A stretch of DNA of 64,000 nt from Octopus vulgaris. Taxonomy: Eukaryota. Shown in pieces: positions 1-12,460 of the stretch. Below the pieces are notes generated by a model that was given only the letters and a program-made list of their open reading frames with translations, was not told the origin of the DNA and did no database searches. Position 1 is the first letter of the stretch. Each line of letters opens with the position of its first letter. Position numbers and translations under genes: made by a program. The stretch covers positions 152,458,001 to 152,522,000 of the forward strand of contig OX597815.1 in assembly GCA_951406725.2 (NCBI GenBank), written 5' to 3'.

Positions 1-1261
1 ATGAAACCTGTTACCATGGTAATGAATCAGATATTATTTATTAACTAATTTACATTTGTATGTCTGAAATTGAACCCTATTTTCTCATAGCATCATCTTG
101 TACTCTCACCCAACATATTTAAACCTTATTACCTTCTGTGTAAGTAATTCTACTGTTTTTCGTGGGCACACAACCACTTCTCTACAAACTGGGATTATTG
201 ACTTCTGTCGTCCAATAATGTCCAGATGTTATTGTCTCCTGAAACAAAATGTGAAAAGTTTCTGTATATTTATGATACTATTTAGATATATTATATAAAT
301 CATTTCTGTGACCATTTGTAATTACTTGGTCTTAATTAACATCAGTGAAAATTTGTAGTGTAACTTTGGTGACATGAATGGAATTAGATATTCCTTTTGA
401 TGTTGTTCTTATATTAACAATAACATTACAAGACAGTTTCTGTCAGTCTGACCCTGCTACACAGGTGTAAGTTCCAAGTCCTCAAGATTAGATACAGGCT
501 GCAAGATGCAAAATAATAAATAGAAAATAATAAATCATAGTGTCATTATTATTCATCATCTACTTTCATGCTTCTAACGATTAGATGGGTCATCAATGTC
601 CTAGTCAGTTCTTATTCAGAGTTAACATCCACTTTGACTGTTTGAGGTACAAATGCATCTCACTTAAATTCTTTGTAGTTTAGATGACAAGATACCCTTC
701 TTAACACCAAACATTATATATAGGGTCTTGGTTATGTTTTATTGTAGCACAGGCACTAATAATATTGTCATCATCATCACCATTTAACATCCTTTGTCCA
801 TGCTGGCCTGGGTTAGACAGTTTCACTAGAGCTGGCAATCTGAGACGCTGCACCAAACTCCAATGTCACCAATTAGATTGAAGGTTCCACTCAAAATTAT
901 GCTGTCTCCTCTCATTCACCAATCACTTTCATGTATGTACTGTGGCCATTTTCTCTTAGTGATAGCACTGGTCAGGTTGTCTTGCATCTCATAATATTAT
1001 ACAATTCTCCTTGCTCTTTGATGTATTTTTACAATCATGAATACATGTTGAGAAAGTGAGCAGTTTACGAGATAACGGAAGAATAATGAGGATTCAGGAA
1101 CTGAAAGTTACCAGAAACTGAGGATAAGAACAATGACTTGAAAGAGATGTGGAGAATGATATGACTGAATGGTTGAAGCTAAGATAAATTTATTTGTGAG
1201 ATGGTTAATGATTTTCTAACATCTTGAGAATTCAATAATCAAAGACAGTGTTTCTTACTAG

Positions 1262-1389
1262 AACATCAATGGCGGCCCTCACTCAGACCTATGCTTGGAA
1301 GCGGAGATTAGTCGACGATGAAGAAGATGATAATTCTGAGAAATATAATAATTTTGAGCTTTTGGATCAAGATACTGAAGTTTATAACG
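1262..1389 (+). pseudogene. Cassette exon A1 (acidic/Tyr), with a 1-nt deletion relative to paralog A2
   Basis: ttactag|AACATCAATGG...TATAACG|gtgagt, 128 nt versus 129 nt for A2. Restoring one base near 1299-1300 gives HQWRPSLRPMLGxRRLVDDEEDDNSEKYNNFELLDQDTEVYN. Either a dead exon or an assembly indel. Confidence 0.6.
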
Positions 1390-1985
1390 GTGAGTATAAA
1401 ACTGAAGTACCAAGCTGATTTCTATAAGTTTTCCTTTGAGCACTAGTATTGGTCAGTTTTTCTTGTATCCAATAAAATTAGACAGGTCTTACTGCTCTTA
1501 TGATGTGTTTTATCATTCAAGGGGACACGTTGAGAAGTGATGACAGAAGAATAATGAGAAAGAAGGGAGTGAACGTTGTGAGAAAATGAGGATAAGAATG
1601 GTGATTTGAAAGAGAGGTGGAGAATGACAAGACTGAGTGACTGTCAGTTGTGTGCCAACAGAAATGATTAATGATGTATTAACATCTTTGGAAACTGACA
1701 ATTAAAGTCAAAAGTACTTATAAGAACATCATTTTCAGCTTTCTAATGTAGGAGATTCAATAACAAATCTAAAGTGAAAATGATTTTAACTAGTAAAAAT
1801 TGTTAAAGATAATTTCATTTGTTTACAAAATCGTCCTCCACAAGGTCTTCTTGATTTATCATCTTATGAAGATGTCAGATATTTACGGTAGTCTGATGTG
1901 TGATATGAGATATCATCACTTACAGGAGTATCTTCCCAGAATGTCTCAGGCTAGAATGAGTATGATAGTCTCTCTCTCTCTCTCT

Positions 1986-2028
<43 letters not shown>

Positions 2029-2452
2029 ACTGAGAATGCATGTATCTGTGCGTGTAAATGTTTGTCTCTCTGCATCACTAAAATTCTAGAACTATCCAAA
2101 TGATTTCATTCAAATTTCACACATGCCTTACTTAAGGTCCATGCAGTATCATGGGCCAAACAAATTTTCAACTTCTTGCTTAATGTGATCCTGGAGCAAT
2201 CTCTTATCTCTAACACTATTTCAGTATTACTTGTCAAAAGTGAAACAATAAAATCACTATTGTAATGTGAGTTAATACTTTCACTGTGATATATCTATGT
2301 ATGTATATGTATATATATGCATATATATGTATACAAATATATATATGTTTACATATATATGCGTACATATCAGATCAAATTGGAGCCTGTTGCAGCCTTT
2401 AGGCTTGCCAGACTTCAGTGAGACCTCAGCATCGAATGCGGATATTAAGCAA

Positions 2453-2469
2453 CAATGATGATGATGATA

Positions 2470-2501
<32 letters not shown>

Positions 2502-2815
2502 GGTGGTGGTCATCGTCGTCATCGTCATCATCGTCGTCGTCGTTGCGGTGGTGATGGTGATGATGGTGATAATGGTGGTGATGATGATGATGATGATGAT
2601 GATGATGTTGATGATGATGATGATGATGATGAAGATGATGATGATGATGATGATCATGATGATGATGATGATGATGATCATGATCATGATGATGATGGTG
2701 GTGTTGGTAGTTGTGGTTGAGGTTGTGGTGGTGGTGCTGGTGCTTGTCCTGGTGGTGGTGCTGGCGGCGGTGGTGGTGGCGGCGCCGCGGCGGTGGTGGT
2801 GGTGATGGCGGTTGT
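2453..2815. repeat. Compound (GAT)n/(GGT)n/(CGT)n microsatellite
   Basis: Seen directly; shorter homologous tracts at about 8488-8650, 10901-10935 and 20175-20220. Confidence 0.95.
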
Positions 2816-3991
2816 GGTGTTAAAGGATGAGGAGGAGAAGGAAATTCTGCAAAAGAGATCTATGCTGGGACATAATCATATTCTCTGTAATGAAAGTCAC
2901 TTATTTTCTAGTCAGATTATATACAATTTGTATAGATATCTTTTATTGCAATGACAGACAGTGTTTTTTTGTATTACATACGAAACCTGTTAACATGGTA
3001 ATGAATCAGATATTATTTATTAACTGACTTACATTTGTATGTCTGAAATTGAACCCTATTTTCTCATAGCATCATCTTGTACTCTCACCCAAAAGATTTA
3101 AACCTTATTACCATCTGTGTAAGTAATTCTACTGTTTTTCGTGGGCACACAACCACTTCTCTACAAACTGGGATTATTGACTTCTATAGTCCAATAAGGT
3201 CCAGATGTTATTGTCTCCTGAAACAGCATGAGAAACATTTCTGTATATTTATGATACTATTTAGATATATTATATAAATCATTTCTGTGACCATTTGTAA
3301 TTAGTTGGTCTTAATTAACATCAGTGAAAATTTATAGTGTAAATTTGGTGACATGAATGGAATTAGATATTCCTTTTGATGTTGTTCTTATATTAACAAT
3401 AACATCGAAGACAGTTTCTGTCTGTCAGACCCTGCTACACAGGTGTAAATTCATGTGTGTACTGGGGTCATTTTCTCATAGCGCTAGCACTGGTCATGTT
3501 GTCTTGCATCTCATAATATTATACAATTCTCGTTGCTCTTTCATGTGTTTTTACAATCATGAAGGCATGTTGAGAATGTGAGAAGTTTATGTGATAACGG
3601 AAGAATGATGAGGATGCAGGGACTGAAATTATAAGAAAATGAGGATAAGAACAATGACTTGAAAGAGAGGTGGAGAATTCCAAGACTAAATGATTGAAGC
3701 TAAGACAAATTTATTTGTGAGATGGTTAATGATTTACAAATATCTTGAGAATCCAATAATCAAAGACAGTGTTACTTACTAGAACATCAATGTTGGTCTT
3801 GGTAAAGTATGAGGCCCAATCACAATATCTCAACAAACATTAGAAAATATAATTGTGAAATCATTTGGTCAGTGTTGCTGTGAATGTCGTTAATTGGTAA
3901 ATGTTTAGATTAATAATTATAGCTTTTTGTGTGAATTTGAATGCTGGTAAATTTTACTATAAATTATATCACTTCATATTATGAATTTCAG

Positions 3992-4057
3992 TCATAGAAT
4001 TGCCGCCTAGAAATGAACGGCCGGGCATATCCCGTCGAAGAACATCACCATCAAATT
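3992..4057 (+). CDS. Cassette exon B1: IELPPRNERPGISRRRTSPSN
   Basis: tttcag|...|gtgagt, 66 nt, phase 1-1, open, more GC-rich than the surrounding intron. Confidence 0.75.
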
Positions 4058-4633
4058 GTGAGTATAAAACTGAAGTACCAAATTCATTTCTATAAGTTTT
4101 CCTTTGAGCACTAGCATTGGTCAGTTTTTCTTGCATCCCATAAAATTTGACAGTTCTTACTGCTCTTATGATGTGTTTTATCATTCAAGGGGACACGTTG
4201 AGAAGTGTTGACAGAAGAATACTGAGGATGCAGGGAGTGAAAGTTGTGAGAAAATGAGGATACAAATGGTGATTTGAAAGAGAGGTGGAGAATGATAAGC
4301 CTGAATGACCATCAGTTGTGAACCAACAGTGATGATTAATGATGTATTAACATCTTGTGAATCTGATAATTAAAGTCAAAATTACTTATAAGAACCTCAT
4401 TTTCAGCTTTCTAATGTAGGAGATTCAATAACAAATCGCAAATAAAAACGTTTTCAACTGGTAAAATTTGTTAGAGACAATTTCATTTGGTTCCAAAATC
4501 GTTATCCAGAAGTTCTTGTTGATTTATCATTTTATGAAGATGTCACATTTTTAAGGTAGTCTGATGTTTGATATGAGATATGATCTCTTGCCGGAGTATC
4601 TTCCCAGAATGGCTCAGATTAGAATATGTGTTA

Positions 4634-5447
4634 TCTATATATATATGAAACTCAACTTGTTTGTCTGTGTGTTTGTCTGTGGGTTTAACTTCCTGGCACA
4701 TCTCCTCCTAGCCAACAGATCGTAGAACCACCAAAAATGGGTCACATAAAGTTTAGGCGAATGAAAATTGAACTGCACTATTTCTGTTCCAAATTCATCT
4801 CGCAATTGCAAAAATCGATAATGTGTTTTTTTAGGCCTTATCCCATGCGTTGAATAGTGAAATTTAATCAGTCAGCTTTTTGACGTGATCTGTGTTCACC
4901 ATGCGTGCAAGCATGCGTAAATTACATGAAAAATAAATAATCAAGATATAAAAACGAATCGTCATAAACATTAGAGAAAAACAGCAAAGAAATGACCTTT
5001 CGGGATATAGCCTGGAGGGTTTTTTCGTATAAATCATTTGGACTATGTGAACACATACCAATTGTTTTCATAACATTTTTAATGCTTTGAATTAAATGTA
5101 AAAATTTTGCATTGAGTCTGCAGTTTGAATCACTTTAACCAAATTTTAGCAGGCAAGATTTTTGATCATCATGATACATCGCCAGCAGCTCCTGGATCTC
5201 TACCCTGAAATTCCCGTTAAGAAATACTGATCTAAAAGAATAATTCAACAATGCAATTATTTGATCAACAAAAATTTATGAAACGCTTCTACGTACTTCC
5301 TATTGAGGGAATAGAACACATAAGGGTATAAAATGCTTGATTTTAAAACCAAAATAATTGAATTTTGATTGAACTTCATCCAAGTTTAGCTTAATTCACG
5401 TGTGCATAGAACACAAGAGCACACGAGCCGGGCAATACTGCTATTTG
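4634..5447 (+). mobile_element. Insertion of about 0.8 kb, possibly a non-autonomous Helitron-like element (second copy at about 7310-8124)
   Basis: Present only in units B1 and B2, at a (TA)n site. Begins TCTATATATAT and ends after a GC-rich cgagccgggc motif with a degenerate CTAG-like end. Class is inferred. Confidence 0.4.
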
Positions 5448-6667
5448 TCTATCTACATATATATACATATGGTTGTGGTGTTAAAGGATGAGGAGAGGGA
5501 GGAGGAGGGGGAGGAAATTCTGCAATATAGAGATCTGTGCTGGGACATAATCATATTCTCTGTAATGAAAGTCACTTATTTTCTAGTCATATCATATACA
5601 ATTTGCATAGATATCTTTTATTGCAATGACAGACAGTGTTTTTTTTGTATTACATATGAAACCTGTTAACATGGTAATGAATCAGATATAATTTATTAAC
5701 TGATTTACATTTGTATGTCTGAAATTGAACCCTATTTTCTCATAGCATCATCTTGTACTCTCACCCAACAGATTTCAACCTTATTACCTTCTGTGTAAGT
5801 AATTCTACTGTCTTTCGTGGGCACACAACCACTTCTCTACAAACTGGGATTATTGACTTCTATAGTCCAATGAGGTCTAGATGTTATTGTCTCCTGAAAC
5901 AACATGTGAAACATTTCTGTATATTTATGATACTATTTAGATATATTATATAAATCATTTCTGTGACCATTTGTAATTAGTTGGTCTCAATTAACATCAG
6001 TTAAAATTTGTAGTGTAACTTTGATGACATGAATGGAATTAGATATTCCTTTTGATGTTGTTCTTATATTAACAATAACATCAAAGACTGTTTCTGTCTG
6101 TCAGACCCTGCTACACAGGTGTAAGTTCATGTGTGTACTGGGGCCATTTTCTCATAGCGCTAGCACAGGTCAAGATGTCTTGCATCTCATAATATTATAC
6201 AATTCTCATTGCTCTCTCATGTGTTTTTACAATCATGATGACATATTGAGAAAGTGAGAATTTCATGTGATAACGGAAGAATGATGAGGATGCAGGGACT
6301 GAAATTATAAGAAAATAAGGATAAGAACAATGACTTGAAAGAGAGGTGGAGAATGCCAAGACTAAATGGTTGAAGCTAAGACAAATTTATTTGTGAGATG
6401 GTTAATGATTTACAAATATCTTGAGAATCCAATAATCAAAGACAGTGTTACTTACTAGAATATCAATGTTGGTCTTGGTTAAGTATGAGGCTCAATCACA
6501 AAATCTCAACAAACATTAGAAAATATAACTGTGAAATCATTTGGTCAGCGTTGCTGTGAAAGTCCTTAATTGGTATATGTTTAGATTAATAATTATAGCA
6601 TTTTGTGTGAATTTGAATGCTGGTAAATTTTGCTATAAATTATAACACTTCATATAATGAATTTCAG

Positions 6668-6733
6668 TCATAGAATTGCCGCCTAGAAATGAACAGCTGG
6701 GCACAACCCGTCAAAGAACATCACCGTCAAATG
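6668..6733 (+). CDS. Cassette exon B2: IELPPRNEQLGTTRQRTSPSN
   Basis: tttcag|...|gtgagt, 66 nt, phase 1-1, open; paralog of B1. Confidence 0.75.
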
Positions 6734-9700
6734 GTGAGTATATAACTGATGTACCAAATTCATTTCTATAAATTTTCCTTTGAGCACTAGCATTGGTCAG
6801 TTTTTCTTGCATCCCATAAAATTTGACAGTTCTTACTGCTCTTATGATGTGTTTTATCATTCAAGGGGACACGTTGAGAAGTGTTGACAGAAGAATACTG
6901 AGGATGCAGGGAGTGAAAGTTGTGAGAAAATGAGGATACAAATGGTGATTTGAAGGAGAGGTGGAGAATGATAAGACTGAATGACCATCAGTTGTCAACC
7001 AACAGTGATGATTAATGATGTATTAACATCTTGTGAATCTGATAATTAAAGTCAAAATTTCTTATAAGAACCACATTTTCAGCTTTCTAATGTAGGAGAT
7101 TCAATAACAAATCGCAAATAAAAACGTTTTCAACTGGTAAAATTTGTTAGAGACAATTTTATTTGGTTCCAAAATCGTTATCCAGAAGTTCTTGTTGATT
7201 TATCATCTTATGAAGATGTCACATTTTTAAGGTAGTCTGATGTTTGATATGAGATATGATCTCTTGCCGGAGTATCTTCCCAGAATGTCTCAGATTAGAA
7301 TATGTATTATCTATATATATACGAAACTCAACTTGTTTGTCTGTGTGTGTGTCTTTGGGTTTAACTTCCTGGCACATCTCCTCCTAGCCAACAGATCGTA
7401 GAACCACCAAAAATGGGTCACTTAAAGTTTAGGCGAATGAAAATTGAACTGCACTATATCTGTTCCAAATTCATCTCGCAATTGCAAAAATCGATAATGT
7501 GTTTGTTTAGGCCTTATCCCATGCGTTGAATAGTGAACTTTAATCAGTCAGCTTTTTGACGTGATCTGTGTTCACCACGCGTGCAAGCATGCGTAAATTG
7601 CATGAAAAATCAAAAATCAAGATATAAAAATGAATCGCCATAAACATTAGAGGAATTCAGCAAAGAAATGGCTTTTCGGGATATAGCCTGGAAGGTATTT
7701 TCGTATAAATCATTTGGACTATGTGAACACATACCAATTGTTTACATAACATTTTTAATGCTTCGAATTAAATGTAACCATTTTGCATTGAGTCTGCAGT
7801 TTGAATCCCTTTAACCAAATTTTAGCAGGCTGGATTTTTGATCATCACGATATACCGCCAGCAGCTCCTGGATCTCTACCTTGAAATCCCCGTTGAGAAA
7901 TACTGATATAAAAGAATAATTCAACAATGCAATTATTTGATCAACAAAAATTTATGAAACGCATCTACGTACTTCCTATTGAGGAAATAGAACACATAAG
8001 GGAATAAAATGCTTCATTTTAAAACCAAAATAATTGAATTTTGATTGAACTTCATCTAAGTTTAGCTTAATTCACGCGTGCATAGAACACAAGAGCACAC
8101 GAGCCGGGCAATACTGTTATTAGTCTATATACATATATATACATATATGTATGTGTATAACTGAGAATGCATGTATGTATGCATGTAAATGCCTGTCAGT
8201 CTGTCTGTATGTGTGCGACACTAAAACTCCAGAACTACCCGACTGATTTCATTCAAATTTCATACATGTCTTACATAAGGTCCATACATTTTGTAATGTG
8301 AGTTAATAATTTCACTGTGATATATCTATGAATGTATATGTATGTAAATATATATGCACATATACGTGTGCATGTATATGTATTTGCATATATATGCATA
8401 CATATAAGATCAGATTGGAACCTGGTGCAGCCTTTAGGCTTCCCGGCCCTCAGTCACACCTCAGCGTGGAAAGCAGATATTAAACAACGATGATGATGAT
8501 GGTGGTGGTGGTTGTGGTGGTGGTGATGGAGGTGGTGCGGAGCCTGGTGGTGGTGCGGGTCCTGGTGGTGGTGCTGGCAGTGGTGGTGGTGCGGCGGTTG
8601 GGGCGGGTGCGGGTGCGGCGGTGGTGGTGGTGATGGCGGTTGTGGTGTGAAAGGATGAGGAGGAGAGGGAAATTCTGCAATAGAGATCTGTGCTGGGACA
8701 TAATCATATTCTCTGTAATGAAAGTCACTTCTTTTCTAGTCAGATTATATACAATTTGTACAGATATCTTTTATTGCAATGACTGACAGTGTTTTTTTGT
8801 ATTACGTATGAAACCTGTTAACATGGTAATGAATCAGATATTATTTATTAACTGATTTACATTTGTATGTCTGAAATTGAACCCTATTTTCTCATAGCAT
8901 CATCTTGTACTCTCACCCAACAGATTTAAACCTTATTACCTTCTGTGTAAGTAATTCTACTGTTTTTCGTGGGCACACAACCACTTCTCTACAAACTGGG
9001 ATTATTGACTTCTATTGTCCAATGAGGTCTAGATGTTATTGTCTCCTGAAACAACATGTGAAACATTTCTGTATATTTATGATACTATTTAGATATATTA
9101 TATAAATCATTTCTGTGACCATTTGTAATTAGTTGGTCTTAATTAACATCAGTGAAAATTTGTAGTGTAACTTTGGTGACATGAATGGAATTAGATATTC
9201 CTTTTGATGTTGTTCTTATATTAACAATAACATCGAAGACAGTTTCTGTCTGTCAGACCCTGCTACACAGGTGTAAGTTCATGTGTGTACTGGGGCCATT
9301 TTCTCATAGCGCCAGCACTGGTCAGGTTGTCTTGCATCTCATAATATTATACAATTCTCATTGCTCTTTCATGTGTTTTTACAATCATGATGACATATTG
9401 AGAAAGTGAGAATTTTATGTGATAACGGAAGAATGATGAGGATGCAGGGACTGAAATTATAAGAAAATGAGGATAAGAACCATGAGAGGTGGAGAATGCC
9501 AAGCCTAAATGGTTGAAGCTAAGACAAATTTATTTGTGAGATGGTTAATGATTTACAAATATCTTGAGAATCCAATAATCAAAGACAGTGTTACTTACTA
9601 GAATATCAATGTTGGTCTTGGTTAAGTATGAGGCTCAATCACAAAATCTCAACAAACATTAAAAAATATAACTGTGAAATCATTTGGTCAGTGTTGCTGT

Positions 9701-9810
9701 GAAAGTCCTTAACTGGTAAATGTTTAGATTAATAATTATAGCTTTTTGTGTGAATGTGAATGCTGGTAAATTTTAGTATAAATTATAACAATTCATTTTA
9801 TGAATTTCAG

Positions 9811-9876
9811 ACACAGAATTGCAGTCTAGAAATGTACAGCCAGGTACAACACATCAAGGTACATCACAGCCACATG
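9811..9876 (+). CDS. Cassette exon B3: DTELQSRNVQPGTTHQGTSQPH
   Basis: tttcag|...|gtgagt, 66 nt, phase 1-1, open; diverged paralog of B1/B2. Confidence 0.75.
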
Positions 9877-12331
9877 GTGAGTATAAAACTGAAGTACCAA
9901 ATTCATTTCTATAAGTTTTTCTTTGAGCACTAGCATTGGTCAGTTTTTCTTGCATCCCATAGAATTTGACAGTTCTTACTGCTCTTATGATGTGTTTTAT
10001 CATTCAAGGGGACACGTTGAGAAGTGTTGACAGAAGAATACTGAGGATGCAGGGAGTGAAAGTTGTGAGAAAATGAGGATACAAATGGTGATTTGAAAGA
10101 TTTGGAGAATGATAAGACTGAATGACCATCAGTTGTGAACCAACAGTGATGATTAATGATGTATTAACATCTTGTGAATCTGATAATTAAAGTCAAAATT
10201 ACTTATAAGAACCTCATTTTTAGCTTTCTAATGTAGGAGATTCAATAACAAATCGCAAATGAAAATGTTTTCAACTGGTAAAATTTGTTAGAGACAATTT
10301 CATTTGGTTCCAAAATCGTTATCCAGAAGTTCTTGTTGATTTATCATCTCATGAAGATGTCACATTTTTAAGGTAGTCTGATGTTTTATATGAGATATCA
10401 TCTCTTGCCAGAGTAATTTCCCAGAATATCTCAGCTGAGAATATGTATGATAGTCTATATATATAAATACAGATATAATTATGAATGCATATATCTATAC
10501 GCGTAAATGTTTATCTGTCTGTCTCTATGTATGTGTGCATCACTAAAACTCGAGAACTACCCAAATTATCTCATTCAAAATTCACACATGTCTTACTTTC
10601 GGTCCATGCAGTGTCATGGGCGAAATAAATTTTCAACTTCTTGCCTAATGTGATCGTGGAGCAATCTCTTATCTCTTACACTATTTCAGTATTACTTGTC
10701 AAAAGTGAAACAATAAAAACGCTATTGTAATGTGAGTTAATACTTTCACTGTGATATATCTATGTATGTATATGTATATATATGCATATATATGTATTCA
10801 AATATATATATGTTTACATATGTATGCATACATATCAGATCAAATTGGAGCCTGGTGTAGCCTTAGTCACACCTCAGCATGGAAAGCGAATATTAAACAA
10901 CGATGATGATGATGATGATAATGATGATGATGATGGAACTTCTACAATATAGATCTGTGTGGAGACATAATCATATTCACTGTATTGAAAGTCACTTATA
11001 TTTTAGTCAGATTATATACAATTTATATAGATATCTAGTATTGCAATGTCAGACGTTGTTTTTTTGTATTACATATAAAACCTGTTAACATGTTAATGAA
11101 TCAGATATTATTCATCAACTGCTTTACATTTGTATGTCTGAAATTTAACCTGATTTTGTCATAGCATCATCTTTTACGCTCACCCAACAGATCTATACCT
11201 TATTACTGTCTGTGTAAGTAGTTCTAAAGTTTTTCTTGGGCACGCAACCACTTCTCTACAAACTGGTATTATTGACTTTTTTAGTCCAATAAGGTCTAGA
11301 TATTATTGTGTCCTAAAACAAAATGTGAAACTTTTCTGTATATTTATGATACTATTTAGATATATTATATAAAGCATTACTGTGATGTTTTGTAATTATT
11401 TGGTCTTAATTAACTTCAGTGACAAATGTAGTATAACGTTGGTAACAAGAATGGGATTAGATATTCCTTTTGATGTTGTTCTTATATTAACAATAACATC
11501 ACAAGACAGTTTCTGTCAGTCTGACCCTGCTACACAGGTGTAAGTTCCAAGTCCTCAAGATTAGATACAGGCTGCAAGATGCAAAATAATAAATAGAAAA
11601 TAATAAATCATAGTGTCATTATTATTCATCATCTACTTTCATGCTGCTATCGATTAGATGGGTCATCAATGTCCAAGTCAGTTCTTATTCAGAGTTAACA
11701 TCCACTTTGACTGTTTGAGGTACAAATGCATCTCACTTAAATTCTTTGTAGTTTAGATGACAAGATACCCTTCTTAACACCAAACATTTTATATAGGGTC
11801 TTGGTTATGTTTTATTGTAGCACAGGCACTAATAATATTGTCATCATCATCACCATTTAACGTCCATTGTCGATGCTGGCCTGGGTTAGACAGTTTCACC
11901 AGAGCTGGCAATCTGAGACACTGCACCAAACTCCAATGTCACCAATTAGATTGAAGGTTCCACTCAAAATTATGCTGTCTCCTCTCATTCACCAATCACT
12001 TTCATGTATGTACTGTGGCCATTTTCTCTTAGTGATAGCACTGGTCAGGTTGTCTTGCATCTCATAATATTATACAATTCTCCTTGCTCTTTGATGTGAT
12101 TTTACAATCATGAAGACATGTTGAGAAAGTGAGCAGTTTACAAGATAACGGAAGAATAATGAGGATTCAGGAACTGAAAGTTACCAGAAACTGAGAATAA
12201 GAACAATGACTTGAAAGAGATGTGGAGAATGATATGACTGAATGGTTGAAGCTAAGATAAATTTATTTGTGAGATGGTTAATGATTTTCTATCTTGAGAA
12301 TTCAATAATCAAAGACAGTGTTACTTACTAG

Positions 12332-12460
12332 GACATCAATGGCAGCCCTCACTCAGACCTATGCATGGAGAGCGGGTATCAGTCGACGATGAAGATGATG
12401 ATAATTGTGAGGAATATGAGGTTCTTGAGCATTCTGATCAATACTCTGAAGTTTATGTTG
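12332..12460 (+). CDS. Cassette exon A2: GHQWQPSLRPMHGERVSVDDEDDDNCEEYEVLEHSDQYSEVYV
   Basis: ttactag|...|gtgagt, 129 nt, phase 1-1, open; acidic with YEVL and YSEV motifs. Confidence 0.75.

Noticed and set aside
1724-1795. Additional exon in the downstream repeat block of each unit
   Set aside because: In-frame stops in the copies checked with the candidate acceptors; treated as a ghost exon
2418-2805. Poly-Asp, poly-Met/Val and poly-Ile ORFs
   Set aside because: Translations of a trinucleotide microsatellite. The same applies to the YI/CV/HT-repeat ORFs near 19.9, 33.3, 39.2, 41.3 and 48.9 kb and the poly-Ser/Asp ORFs near 51.0 kb.
3783-3801. 19-nt micro-exon after the retained A-type acceptor in B units
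   Set aside because: Not a multiple of 3, and the donor is poor (gtaaag here, gttaag in B2 and B3)
98-9409. Repeated ORFs MYSHP... and MELDIPF... as a tandem small-protein family
   Set aside because: They lie in the intronic part of the repeat unit and are not preserved as ORFs in the copies near 11.2 and 20.5 kb. MYSHP starts at TTG. Similarity is explained by recent duplication.
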